This document shows positions 35,047 to 48,060 of a DNA stretch of 64,000 bases, in pieces (within the stretch, counting starts at the first letter, position 1; each line of letters opens with the position of its first letter). The translations under genes were made by a program, and so were the position numbers. Where the stretch lies: contig JBNRSN020000002.1 of NCBI GenBank assembly GCA_051313645.2, positions 219,666,001-219,730,000 on the forward strand, read 5' to 3'. The notes under the pieces are model-generated. The model did not search any database, was not told where the DNA came from, and saw nothing but the letters and a program-made list of their open reading frames with translations. Source of the stretch: Centroscyllium fabricii (lineage: Eukaryota).

Positions 35047-36534
35047 TTACATCAGAGGTAAAGTCTCATCACTGCTAAACTCAGAGAGGCTGACAACTAC
35101 ATCCTCCACTGGATTACCCGTGTCTGGCTGTTGGCTTTCTGCTGGTGGAATGAGGTTCCTGACCGTGGCGGCTTCACTGTGCCCGGAGGTTCCTGTCTGC
35201 TGATACATCCACGGCGTTTCCACTGGCTGCCAAGCAGGATGAACCACAGGCCTTGGCTGCCACTGCGACTGATGCAACGGCCACTGGCCTTGCTGCTGGT
35301 AGGGTTGATTCCATGGAGGAGGAGGAGGAGGAGGAGGATACATGGGCAGGGTGGTTGAGTTGAATGGTCTCTGTCGATAGCCAGCTGGTTCTGGTGGAGG
35401 TGCTCCTAGCGATGCTGCCTGGCGGGAATGCAGCATTTCATCCAAATCCCTATCTGCGGTCGATATGATCTGCCACATTTTGTCCCTCACCTCCATGTAC
35501 ATAGTGCTGGGCAGTCGCTGAAATGCATGCCCCATATATTCGGCGTACTTGAGGCGCTCCGGAAAGGGAACAGCATGAAGAGGGTGTGACTTCAGGATAT
35601 CCAGCAGCTCTATCTGCCTCTCCCTTGACTTGCGAATATCCCCTGCAAAGTCCTCCTCTTCCTCCGTTGCTGACACTCCCCCCTTTCCTCCTCCACCTCT
35701 GCAGCTGCTGGCGGTGGTGATGCAGGAGGTTGGGGTGATGGGGAACGGTGGCGTGGTGACATTAGCCTCCTGCAGGTCCACCTCATGATCCCTGTTCTGT
35801 GGATCTCCAGGAGCCGGCTGTGTGGTAGGAGGCTTCAGGCTCTGCACGTTCCGCCTGATGACCTTGCTGATGTGTGGTACCAGGAACTGGAAGCGGTTCC
35901 AGATCCACTCCTGCCTCTCTGTCAGCTCCATCGTTCCCTGGCCACTCTTTGTACTCCTCATCTTCCCCACCTGCGTCCGCATGCTTTCAAAAAAAGTGGT
36001 CAGTGCCTTGACCTGCTTGCCCATCCTTTTGGCCAGTTCCTCCCACGCCTTGTTTTTACGGTCAACGAAGCAGTGGTCCTCACGCCTCTTGTTATAGATG
36101 AAGTCATGGGCTTCCAGAAAGAGGGCCACCTAGAATAAAATTAATATAGTTGTATACAAAATCAAATTGAAGATAGTGATTATTAATAAAGGTATATCAC
36201 TTATAAATATATCAGTTACCTCCTCCTGTTCTGCAGAAGTCAGGTTAGACTGGAGCCTCGCCTTCTTTTGCTTTGACCCCAGGGACACAGGGGATGGAGG
36301 AGCTTCCACCTCGGCAGCATGGTCGGCCTCGTTCTCGACCACGCCCGGCTGGTCTTCAAACTCCAGCGGGCGCTCCTCCTCTGTCGAGGGGAGATCTGGT
36401 TCGGCCACATGTGGTGGAGTGATGTGTGGAGGTACAGCTGCTTCCCTCGGGCTGTCAAAAATCAGCTCTGGGGCGAGCTTGGTGGCTTTGCCGCGTCCCT
36501 TGGTCTTGTTAGGCTGTCCTGCTCTCCTCCTCAT
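35047..36534 (-). CDS. Harbinger MADF/Myb-SANT DNA-binding protein, 2 exons (36220-36534, 35047-36129), about 465 aa
   Basis: A 90-nt AT-rich GT..AG phase-0 intron at 36130-36219. Splicing gives LTSAEQEE|VALFLEAHDFIYNKR..KNKAWEELAKRMG..FESMRTQ, a MADF pattern. Confidence 0.85.
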
Positions 36535-37257
36535 TTTTCGAAATAGTGAAATGCGTCCCTCAGTGACCTCTGACCTGATCAATTAGGCGCGAATACGCTC
36601 GAATGCAGAAAAAGCGAGTACGATGCAGCTCCGAACGATTAGAATCGTTCCCGAGGTTGGAACTTCGTTGGAAAGTTTTTGACAAGCAAAAACTTTCCTG
36701 GAGGTAAGACGAACTCACGCGAAATGTACGAATGTTTAGGAATCGACTAAGATTCATTTAAGAACTGCAAGAAACCGGGCAAATTTTGCATTCTGGACGA
36801 TTCTGGATATTCCTGGCACCAGTGAAAGCGGGGTATTACAATCAATAGCAGCAGTTTGAATGCTGGATTACTACCTTAAGAAGGGGCAAGATGTAATTTC
36901 TCTTTTAATCAAAACCATGTAATGAGAAACAGGAAAAAAGCCTACTTACAAAACTGCAAGAACATGTGGCTTTGAAAAGTGATTTTTTTCAGAATCCAAT
37001 TTTGTTACTTAGATTAAAACAGGCTTTCTCCTGTTTTTATTAAAACGGAATTTAATCCCTGTCCTTTTTGATATTTTTTTTTACCAAGCATAAATCATTT
37101 CCATGATATATAGTGCCTGATCGCATACACGAGGGAGAAGGGAATAGTGGAGTATGGGGCAGGGTTGGAAGAGGTAATCAGAGTGGAAGGAGGTTTGTGT
37201 GGAGTTTAGAGTGGCATAGACCGGTTGGGCCGAATAGCATGTTTTTGCTGTGTAGAT

Positions 37258-37470
37258 TCATAGAAACATAGAAGATAGGAGCAGGAGTAGGCCATTCGGC
37301 CCTTCGAGCCTGCTCCGCCATTCAATGAGATCATGGCTGATCTTTCAAGTTCAGTACCCCGTCCCCGCCTTCTCTCCATAACCCTTAATCCCTTTAGCCT
37401 GAAGAAATATATCCAATTCCCTCTTAAATATATTTAATGAACTGGCCTCCACTGCCCTCTGTGGCACTGA
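37258..37470 (-). mobile_element. Short 3' fragment of the young CR1 family
   Basis: Closely matches the reverse complement of about 7868-8080. Confidence 0.85.
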
Positions 37471-38311
37471 CTATGTAATTCTATGTGATGCATCGTTGGA
37501 TGCAAAAAGGAGTAAAATATTCTTTCTTCAACCATGACCTTGACTACATGCATGCAAAAAACCAAAATTAAAACAGAGTTTTTGTTAAACTATTTCACAT
37601 GCACAACCAAAGTGCCATTTGTCTTGGGCATTCCTTTAAACTGATTTGTTTGATCCTCAACTTGCTGAAATATGCAATATGCTAAACCAAAAGCCGTTGC
37701 TTCTGCTCATTAGGCAGTTGATTACTGTCACATTTAGGAAAACCTCAGGGATTAATTTTGGAATAAATGAAACTAGTTGACACAAAGGTTGCATTCAGAG
37801 CTTTAATTATCTGCCAAGCTGAAGTTTAGCAACAACTAACCTATCATTTTGTCATTCTCACTTCAAGTACTGAATGATCTGTGATGACTGAAGCAGCATG
37901 GTTTTTGTCATACATCAGCAAAAAAAGTTTTCTGTAACTTTCAATTGCTGAGCACTGTAATGCAGTATGTCCGGGAGTGGAATACTTTCCATTTCAGGCA
38001 CCGAGTGTCAGCATCAAGCACTCTCTGATCAGTAATATGGCAAAATACTGTGTCCCAAGATTCTTTGGGTCAGAGAGGGCGGAAGGGAGGTTGTCAGGAA
38101 TTTGGGGCAGAACCTAGTTAAGCCACAATTCCACATCGTTTACACTGCCCTTTTACATTCCGGTCTAGAGGGAGGAATGGGCAGATCTACCGTCACCTCC
38201 TGCCAAGGGGCATGCCTGGAGTGTTCTTGGGCTTCCTCAGGAATTACAGCTATTACACATTCGGTAGGCATGGTCCCATTCAGGTCTTTGGAAAGACAAA
38301 CAATTAATTAT

Positions 38312-38804
38312 TGGACTAAGGTCCAGTAAAAGAGAAAAGCTAAGTTCCCGTAGTTTCTGATCCCTATGGGTGTGCCCGTAGGGACCTCGCAAGTGCCGGT
38401 TTCAGGCATGCAAAGCAAATTCTCTTGACAGATCCTCTGCCTGCCCCGGAGAGAGGTCTCTGCGGGTGGAGAGTTCTGCTTTCTGTAGAACCTCTGCCCG
38501 CTGAAATCCCTTAAAAATCTTATGTCCAAGAGTTTAAAAATGTAAAAAAATACTTTTTTTCCCCCACTCATTTATAATTTAAAAATACTTTAATAAAAGG
38601 CAAGTTTATTTTTAGCCCCATAAAACACCAGGGATGCTTGCGAACCGCATTCGCCCCTGGGATACCTGGACCCTGTGTATTTCGTAGAGCAGAGGCCCAG
38701 GAACGGAAATGTCTGAACCTCCAGAGCGCTCGGGTAAGGGCGAAGATTTTTTCCAGATCAGAGGCCTCCGCATGCAGGAAGCCTCCGATCGGAAAATAGG
38801 GGCC
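38312..38804 (+). mobile_element. MITE related to family A (left boundary approximate)
   Basis: Right end GCAGGAAGCCTCCGA..AAAATAGGGGCC. The left part resembles the reverse complement of 6040-6130. Confidence 0.55.
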
Positions 38805-39151
38805 AATGTTTTTAATGGGGCTTCTTCTCAGATGCCAACAGACATGCAATTTCTGCTCTTTTCCAAATTTTCAGCTCTTGGCCAGATGTTTTTTAAAATG
38901 ACATCACCAAGCTGGCCTATAGCTAGACTGGCTGAAGAATTTACCAATGTCAAGAACAAGGATTCCTATGAATCAGGTTGATCTTCAGAAAACTTGAATA
39001 GTGGAACCACTATTCTATTGGAGATAATAGATTGACAAATTATGCTAACTGGACAATTTAGATAGACTATTTATATCTATTCGAAAACAAACTTCCTCCA
39101 ACTTAAAACCAGTACCATGAACTGGGATTTGCAAGATGCATTAATAACTAT

Positions 39152-40668
39152 GGGTTGAATTTTGCCGGCGCTCAGAGTGTGAGTTTGGAGGCGGGTCCAC
39201 TGTCAAAATCATGTCAGGTAAGTAGGTTGGGTTCTCTATGTCTTCCCATTGCTGTGAATAAGTGACAGCTCCAAAAATGGTATGAAAGATACCTTTTCAC
39301 AGCTGTTCACTTTCCAATGTCAGAAGCTTGAGCCTTCAGGACTTGGAAGACACTTTTGAGCTGTATGCAGTTTGAGTGTGTTTGGAGTAAACTCTAGCCA
39401 CTGTCACCACCTGGGAGCAAGCTCTCTCACCATTGACAGATCGCTTCTGTCATCTATTCCAGCAACATCGGTGCCCTTGAAAAAATCTCACCTTGGTCCT
39501 TTGAATCCCTCCACGATCAGCCCTAACACCAACATCACCAGGCACACCAACATTACCAACAACACCACCAACCTTCTCCGCAATCACCTGATGCTGCACA
39601 GGACAGAGGGCACCAGCACCCGAGCACATTGCTGCCCGGGAGGCCAGTGATGGCCTAACCATAGCCAGATTTATTTCACTTGACGCTGTACACCCTGGTT
39701 GCCACATGATGTGCCAGGTTGACACCACACCACGCCACACCAACACCATAAAGCATCCCTAGAATGTCCAAGCCATTTCTTTCACACTCATCACAATTGG
39801 GGGGGATTATGTCTCAACATTCACTGGAACTCACTAAGACACTTCCAAAGGTGAGCACTGATCCTTCCAATAAGGTAAAGTGGTGAAAATATAGATTTCA
39901 ATGTTTGTCAACACATTAACAGAAAATGTACATGAGCATTGCATAAAACACCCAAGTGCCTACCCTTGGTATGATTGTACTAGGATGAGGGTGAGTGTGA
40001 GGGGTGGTTACTGAGATGGGGAAGTGATAATGTAGATAGAGAGGGATGGGTGGAGGTGCAAGGTAAGTTGGTCTGAGTAAAGATGTGCAGGAGTAGGGTA
40101 GGGAAGGCAGAGTGATGGAGATGTGATGAGTAGCACAGTAGGGTGAGGATGAGTGTGGCTTTGCAGTAACGTTTCGTGATCTACTGAGATCATTGAAAGG
40201 TTGGCGTCACTGCAGGCTAGTCCTCCTGACAACATCCCTGTTTGTGCCCTCCTGTGCAATGTGCAACCAGGCTGCATTGGTATCCTGGGGAGGTATCTTC
40301 TGTCCATTGGAAGGAAAGAGAACCTCCCTGCTTGCTGTGACTCCCTCCATAGCATGTAGTCATGCGAGAGTCTGGGTGCAGCCATGCACCTTTGTGCAGT
40401 GCTTGCAGCACCTCAATGCTTCAGAACACTGACAGCACAAAATGAATGTAGATGTGGCCCCTTTAAGGAAACCGGCTGATGACGCGTCATCCAATGATGT
40501 CATCAGACCCGCTTCCTTTTAATTGGCCAGGAACCTCACAGGGCGGGCGCAACAAGCTCAATCTGGGCAAAATCACTTGGAGGAGGACTGATGAAGACGG
40601 GTGTCGGGTTTGTGGCCGCTGTTTGCTCCGGCCGCACCAGACTCACCACAGCTGACGAAATTGCGGCC
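39152..40668. mobile_element. Second copy of the internally deleted Harbinger derivative
   Basis: Colinear with 17708-19470. Myb stub is ORF 40008-40385 and the CAC-rich transposase stub is at about 39515-39600. Confidence 0.75.
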
Positions 40669-41519
40669 TCAGTGTAGGTTCTGCCAGAGCCACTCAGCTT
40701 CAGACTTCACCATCACCTTGATCCTGACATGGAGAGAAGCTGAATGCCATAGGAGGGACAAGAATCGCTGTCCTCTATATCAAGCAAATATTCAACCAAG
40801 TATGGCACCAAGAAGCCCAGGCAAAATTAGGTCAATGGGGGAGGGTCAAGGGGAAAACCCTTCAGTGATTGAAGGTGGTTATGATTGTCGGAGGCCAAAC
40901 ATCACAGCCCCAGGACAAAGTTACAGGAGTTCCTGTATCCTTGGCCCAACCATCTTTAGCTGCTTTATTAATGATTAACCTTTGTTCATAAGGCAAGGAG
41001 TGGGGCTGTTCACTTAAGATCCAGAATGTACAGCTCCTCTGATAAAGAAGCAGCCCATGCCAGCCTGCAGCAGGACACGGACAACATTCATGGCTTGGGC
41101 TGATATGTGGCAAGTAACATTTGCGGCACATAAATGCCGAGCAATGAGCATTTCAAAGAGAAAGCTCAGGCACCTTCACTTGACCTTACTAAACTTATTC
41201 CTCATTGGCAAGGTCAGATGCAAGAGAGCAAGGTGACTGCATGTATTCAGCTGGTGCTTTCTTCGATGTATTTTTTGCCTGTGCTTTTACTTGATGGTGG
41301 CATTCAGCCTCAAAAAGAACTACCCTCCTTTGGTGCACTTTCTGCAGCAGAACCCCCTACTCTACAGCATTAAAGGGTACAGTGTTGCCCACATGTCTCC
41401 ACTTTGCCACTATAAGTCAATCACTCCACTTTTCTGCCCCCACCATGACTTCCTCTTCAGCCGAAACCCCGGAAAAACGCCGCCGAAGTTACAGCAGACA
41501 AGAGGGAGAATCCCTGTGG

Positions 41520-41948
41520 ATATTCAGCCGTATAATTTAGACTGACACCTCAATGTAGAACTGAGAGTGTTGCATTGTCAGCTGAGATAGTGAATTGAGG
41601 CCCCATCTGCCTGATCAGGTGGACATAAAAGATCCTATGGCACTATTTGAAGAAGAGCAGTGAGTTCTCTCTGTATCCCGGCCGACATTCCATCCTCAAA
41701 CACCACCAGAAAAAATAACCAGATTATCCACTGATCTGTAGGGCTATGGGGAAAGGGCAGGGGAGTGGGACTAGCCGAGAGTCGGCATGTGCTCGAAGGG
41801 CCGAATGGCCTTCTTCCGTTCTGTAACCATTCCATGATTCTATGAATCATTCATTTTCTGTTTGTGAGACCCTGTTGTGTGAGAACTGACAACTGTGTGC
41901 ATCTACAAAACAAAAGTAACTGCACTTCAAAAGTAATCCATTGGGTGT
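41520..41948 (+). mobile_element. Decayed Deu-domain SINE with an internal CR1-tail insertion (about 41735-41847)
   Basis: Deu core GGCCCCATCTGCC..AGGTGGACATAAAAGATCC..GCACTATTTGAAGAAGAGCAG. Confidence 0.65.
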
Positions 41949-42602
41949 AAAATAAAACTGTTGGACTGTAACCTGGTGTTGTGTGACTTCTTAGTTTAAA
42001 TGCGGCATTGGTCTGAGGAAATTAATAATTAAATTACTAATCCCGGCTCACGAGAGTGTAATACCGATTAACTAATCAAAAAAAGTCTATCAGAACGTAT
42101 CAGAATTTATTTGATGTATAGTTGTGTACATGGGGAAAACATAAAAATGATCAGCTGCAGTAATCAACTTCGTCACTGGGGAAGACCCGGCGTTACCTTA
42201 GGTTTAAATGGCTCAATAATATGAATTGATACTCGTAAGAAATTGGACTCGGCATCCCAAATCAATTTATATCGAATCAAATTGCCTTTAGAAATCTGGG
42301 CTGAGATCAAAAGATTCACTATTCAGAACTTGCTGGAGAATCAAATCTCTATCAAATCATCCAAGAGCCTTATTTTACCTGCAGTTGGAGCAACAGTGTT
42401 TCAAACGGCGACTTCTCATCTATCGACACTGACAGCTATAGAATTAATACATTTTTCATTCATTCAAGTTCTGATCTTTAAATTAATTTATAATTAATCC
42501 AAAATTATTTAGGAAACTATCAATCTTGTTTTCCCTATAACGATGCTGATTCTCAGTTTGACAGTTGCAAAAATTCATTACTGCGACTTTTAGATTTATC
42601 AG

Positions 42603-45600
42603 AGAAACAGAAGATAGGAGCAGGAGTAGGCCATTCGGCCCCTCGAGCCTGCTCCGCCATTCAATGAGATTATGGCTGATCATCCAAATTCAGTACCCTG
42701 TACCTGCCTTGTCCCCATATTCCTTGATCCATTTAGCCTCAAGAAATATATCTAACTCCTTCTTGAATATATCTAATTAATTGGCCTCAACGGCCTTCTG
42801 TGATAGAGAATTCCACAGGTTCACCACTCTGGGTGAAGAAATTGCTGCTCATCTCTGTCCTAAATGGCTTACCCCTTATCTTTAGACTGTGATCTGTGGT
42901 TCTGGACTCCCCACCATTAGGAACATCCTTCCTGCATCTAGTCTGTCCAGTCCTGTTAGAATTTTATAAGTTTCAATGAGATTTCCTCTCATTCTTCTAA
43001 GCTCGAGCGAATATAAGCCCAATTGACCCAATCTCTCTTCATACATCATTCCTGCCATCCCAGGTATCAGTCTGGTGAAACTTCGCTGCACTCCTTCCAT
43101 GGCAAGAACATCCTTCCTCAGATAAAGCGACCAAAACTGCACACAATATTCAAGATGTGGTCTCACCAAGGCCCTGTACAACTGCAGCAAGACATCCTTG
43201 CTCCTGTACTCAAATCCTCTCGCTATGAAGGCCAACATACCATTTGCCTTCTCAACCGCCTGCTGCACCTGCATGCTTACCTTCAGTGACTGGTGCACAA
43301 GGACACCCAGGTTTCATTGCACTTCCCCTTCTCCCAATCTATTGCCGTTCAGATAATAAGCTGCTTTCCTGTTTTTGCCACCAAAGTGGATAACCTCACA
43401 TTTATGCACATTTTACTGCATCTGCCATGCTTCTGCCCAATCACCCAACCTGTCCAAATCATCCTGGAGTTTCTCGGTATCCTCCTCACAGCACACACGC
43501 CCACCCAGCTTTGTGTCGTCTGCAAACTTGGAGATATTACATCTAATCCCCTCGTCTAGATCATTAATATATATTGTGAATAGCTGGGGTCCTAGCACCG
43601 ATCCCTGCGGTACCTCACTAGTCACTGCCTGCCACTCGGTCACTGCCAGCCACTCGGAAAAAGACCAGTTTATTCCAACTCTTTGCTTCCTGTCTGCCAA
43701 CCAGTTCTCTATCCAAGTCAGTACCTTACCTCCAATCTCATGTGCTTTAACTTTACACGCTAATCTCTTATCGAAAGACTTCTGAATGTCCAAATACACT
43801 ACATCCACTGGCTCTCCTTAAACTATTTTACCAGTTACATCCTCAAAAAATTCCAGCAGATTAGTCAAGTATGATTTACCTTTTGTAACTCCATGTTGAC
43901 TTTGTCCAATCCTGTCACTGCTTTCCAAGTGCTCTGCTATTACATCTTTTATAATGGACTCTAGCATTTTCCCCACTGCCGATGTCAGGCTTCCCCATTT
44001 TCTCTCTACCACCTTTTTTGAATAGTGGGGTTACATTAGTTACCCTCCAATTCATGGGAACTGTTCCAGAGTTTATAGAATTTTGGAAGATGCCCAGCAA
44101 TGCTTCTACTATTTCTAGGGCCGCTTCCTTAAGTACCCTAGGATGTAGATTATCAGGCCCATGGGATTTATCGGCCTTCAATCCCATCAATTTCCCTAAC
44201 AGCATTTCCCTACAAATACTGATCTCATTCAGTTCCTCCCTCTCATTAGAACCCCATGTTCCGCAACATCTCTGGGAGGTTATTTGTGTCCTCCTTTGTG
44301 AAGACAGAACCAAAGTATGTATTTAATTGGTCTGCCATTGCTTTGTTCCCCATTATAAATTCCCCTGATTCTGACTGCAAGGGATCTATGCTTGACTTCA
44401 CCAATCTTTTTCTCTTCACATATCTATAGAAGCTTTTACAGTCAGTTTTTATGTTCCCAGCAAGCTTACTCTCAAACTCTATTTTCCCCCTCTTAATTAA
44501 TCGCTTTGTCCTCCTTTGCTGAATCCTAAACTGCTCCTAATCCTCAGGTTTGCTGCTTTTTCTGGCCAATTTATATGTCCTCTCCTTGGATCTTATGCTG
44601 TCCCTAATTTCCCTTGTTAGCCACAGTTGAGTCACCCTTTTTGTTTTATTTTCATGCCAAACAAGGATGAACAAATTCTGTAGTTCATCTATGCGATCTT
44701 TAAATGTTTGCCATTGCCTATCCACCGTCAACCCTTTAAGTAATGTTCCGCAATCAATCCTAGCCAACTCGCACCTCATACCATCATAGTTTCCTTTATT
44801 TAAATTCAGGACCCTAGTCTCTGAGTCAACTACTTCACTCTCCATCTTAATGAAGAATTCTATCATATTATGATCGCTCCGCCCCAAAGGGCCTTGCACA
44901 ACAAGATTGCTAATTAATCCTCTCATATTACATAATACCCAGTCTAAGATGGCCTGAACTCTAGCTGGTTCCTTGACATACTGGTCCAGGAAACCATCCC
45001 GTATACACTCCAGGAGGTCCTCCTCCAAAGTATTGTTACTAATTTGGTTAGCCCAATCTATATGTAGATTAAAGTCACCCATGATAACTGCTGTGCCCTT
45101 ATTGCACGTGTCTCTAATTCGCGTTTAATGCCATCCCAACCTCAGCATTACTGTTTGGGGGGTCTGTATACAACTCCCACTAACATTTTCTGCCCCTTGG
45201 TATTTCTCAGCTCTACCCATCCAGGTTCCACATCATCAGAGCTAATATCCTTCCTTACTATTGTGTTAATCACCTCTTTAACCAGCAATGTTACCCCACC
45301 TCCTTTTCCTTTTTGCCTGTCTATCCTGAATATTGAATACCACTGGATGTTGAACTCCCAGCCTTGCTTAGCCTGGAGCCATGTTTCCGTAATCCCAATC
45401 ACATCATATCCGTTTACATCTATTTGCGCAGCTAATTCATCCACCTTATTATGAATGCCCCTCGCATTAAGACACAAATCCTTCAGGCTTGTTTTTTTAA
45501 ACTCTATTAGACCTTTTAGAATTATTATTTACTGTGGCCATGTTTGAATTAAACCCTTGATTTCTCTGACTGCCACTTTTGCTTTTCTCCCTCCTGTCTT

Positions 45601-47100
45601 TTACTTCTATCCTTGCTTCCCTTTCCTTTGTCTCCCTGCACAGGTTCCCAACTCCCTGCCATTTTAGTTTAATCCCGCCTCAACAGCATTTGCAAACACT
45701 CCCCCTAGGACATCGGTCCCAGTCCTGTCCAGGTGCAAACCGTCCATTTTGTACTGGTCCCACCTCCCCCAGACCCTGTTCCAATGTCCAAGGAATTTGA
45801 ATCCCTCTCCCTTGCACCATTTATATAGCCACGTGTTCATCTGAAATATCCTTCTATTTCTACTCTGAATAGCACGTGGCACTGGTAGCAATCCTGAGAT
45901 TACTACCTTTGAGGTCCTATTTTTAAAATTTACCTCCTAACTCCCTATATTCAGCTTTTAGGACCGCATCCCAGTTTTTACCTATATCGTTGGTACCTAT
46001 ATGCACCACAACTGGCTGTTCACCCTCTCCCTCCAAAATGCCCTGCAGCCGCTCTGAGACATCCTTGACCCTTGCACCAGGGAGGCAACATACCATCCTG
46101 GAGTCTTGTTTGCAGCTGCAGAAACGCCTATCTATTCTCCTTACAATAGAATCCCCTATCGCTATAGCTATCCTGTTCTTTTTCCTCCCGTCCTGTGCAG
46201 CAGAACCACCCACGGTGCCAGGAAGTTGGCTGCTGCTGCCTTCCTCTGATAAGCCATCTCCCTCAACAATATCCAAATTGGTATATATGTTTGAGAGGGG
46301 GATGGCCACAGGGGGCTCCTGCGCTACCCGCCTGTGCCTACTACTCTGCCTGGCGGTCAGCCATTCCCTTCCTGCCTGTACACCCTTTACCTGCGGTGTA
46401 ACCAATTCTCTAAACATGTTATCCACGATGTCCTCAGCATCACAAATGCTCCAGTATGTATCCATTCGCAGCTTCAGTGCCGCAATGCGGTCTGTCAGTA
46501 GCTGCAGCTGGATACACTTCCCGCACACATTGTCATCAGGGACACAGGAAGTGTCCCTGATTTCCCACATGGCGCAGGAGGAGCATGCCACGGGGCCGAG
46601 CTGTCCTGCCATGAACTACCCTTTAATTAATTTAAATTAAATCAAATCAAATCAATACCACTAATTACACTACAATTAAATGATATACTCAAGGGCCCTT
46701 GGTTACTAGCACTCCCCGATAAACAGAGACTGTAGAAAGTATAACCCCAAAAAGTAAGACCGTCTAAACTTTATAAACTATTAACCTTAACTGTCAAACT
46801 ATAGAGTAGTATAAATACCCACCTGTCCGTACTCACCTAAATCAACTGCTTCCTCTTGCCCATGTCACTTTTTGAATCGTGGCGTGGCTCTGGAACGCTG
46901 CTGCCGGCCTATGAGATTGACCGGCCTTTGAGAAAAAGCCTGCGAAAGTGAATTTAAATACTCACTCTACTCTCCTGCTGCTCCCGACACTGTCCTCTTC
47001 CTACAGGGTGAAAAGTTAGGAAAAACAAAGGCGAAGCAAGGGAGCTCCTCCTTCCACTCCTCATAAGACTCCCTGACTCACCCAACTCTTAGCACTCTGT
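42603..47100 (-). mobile_element. Near full-length CR1 LINE (ORF1 zinc finger plus SGNH esterase, APE endonuclease, RT), disrupted
   Basis: ORF1 45923-46612 (CSSC..CGKC, IGDS, HIGTND), EN 44537-45477 (GITETW, MGDFN, SDH), RT 42882-44313, tail at about 42605. The 5' boundary is approximate. Confidence 0.9.
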
Positions 47101-48060
47101 TGAAACTGCACTCAGTTGCCCATCCACAGGCACCAGAGGCTGACTTATCGCCATTTGAAAAAACTGGTTCTCATATTGCCACAGGAAACATTTAAATTAT
47201 TGTAAATTCACACCTCAATGCTCTGCCCATCAAATATCCTCTTGTCTCATTCACCTGTCTTGGTACCTGGGCATCATTTTGTCACTAATTCACCCAACCA
47301 TTAACTTTATCAGACCTCTGACTTTACATCTAGTTCTTCTAACATGTTGTCTCCTCTCTGCTCCCTGTGCTCTTGAATTATCAAGTAACCACGTCGATGT
47401 AACTTTGCTTCCAAGTGTCCATTCACATGCTTGTTTTGGCTGCTGTTTTGGACCCAGCACATCATTTCTATTTCCTCTTTTCTCTCCCTTTTTTCTTTCT
47501 TTCTCTTTACCCCTTCTGACATGATGCCTCATTTCTTTGGATACTCTACTCTCACAAACCCCAATTCTTCAGTATTCATCGTCTTTAATACTCTCCTGAT
47601 GTCTCCCTCGGCATCCTCCGAAAGGTCCACCGAGGCACTCATCGCTGCCTCCTAACGAGTAGAAACTCGAATTGTCCCATCCTATTTTCTCTGTGCGCAT
47701 CCCACCCTGCGCACCTGCTGGTGGTTAATCTTACCAACCTTCTTCCAGTCACTCCCAGTTCTGACCCTTTGGACTCTGCCAGTAGATCGGCTATCATCGC
47801 TCATCTCCGCATTTCCCTTCAAAATGTACGTTCACTTGTGACTAAGGGCCTTGCTATCAATGAGCTCATTGTGGATGATCACACTGACATCATGGCCTGG
47901 ACGGAGGCCTGGTTGAGGGGTGATTATACCTTTCCCTTTCCCTTTAATGACAGAGGCCTGGTTGAGCGGTGATTATACCTTTCCCTTTAATGATGTTTCC
48001 CCGCCTGGCTATACCTTCCACCATTTGTCCCGCTCAAACCGCCGCGGTAGTGGTGTAGCA

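Larger units (their letters stand above)
32763..36835. mobile_element. Autonomous PIF/Harbinger DNA transposon, apparently intact (4073 bp)
   Basis: Perfect 16-bp TIR TACCCCGCTTTCACTG, TTA TSD (32760-32762, 36836-36838), two convergent uninterrupted genes. Confidence 0.95.

Noticed and set aside
42376-42470. Minus-strand donor-like site CTGCAG|GTAAAA as the missing upstream KLHL5 exon
   Set aside because: It translates to DEKSPFETLLLQLQ, not the expected BACK-domain end (..IRLPLLxPQ).
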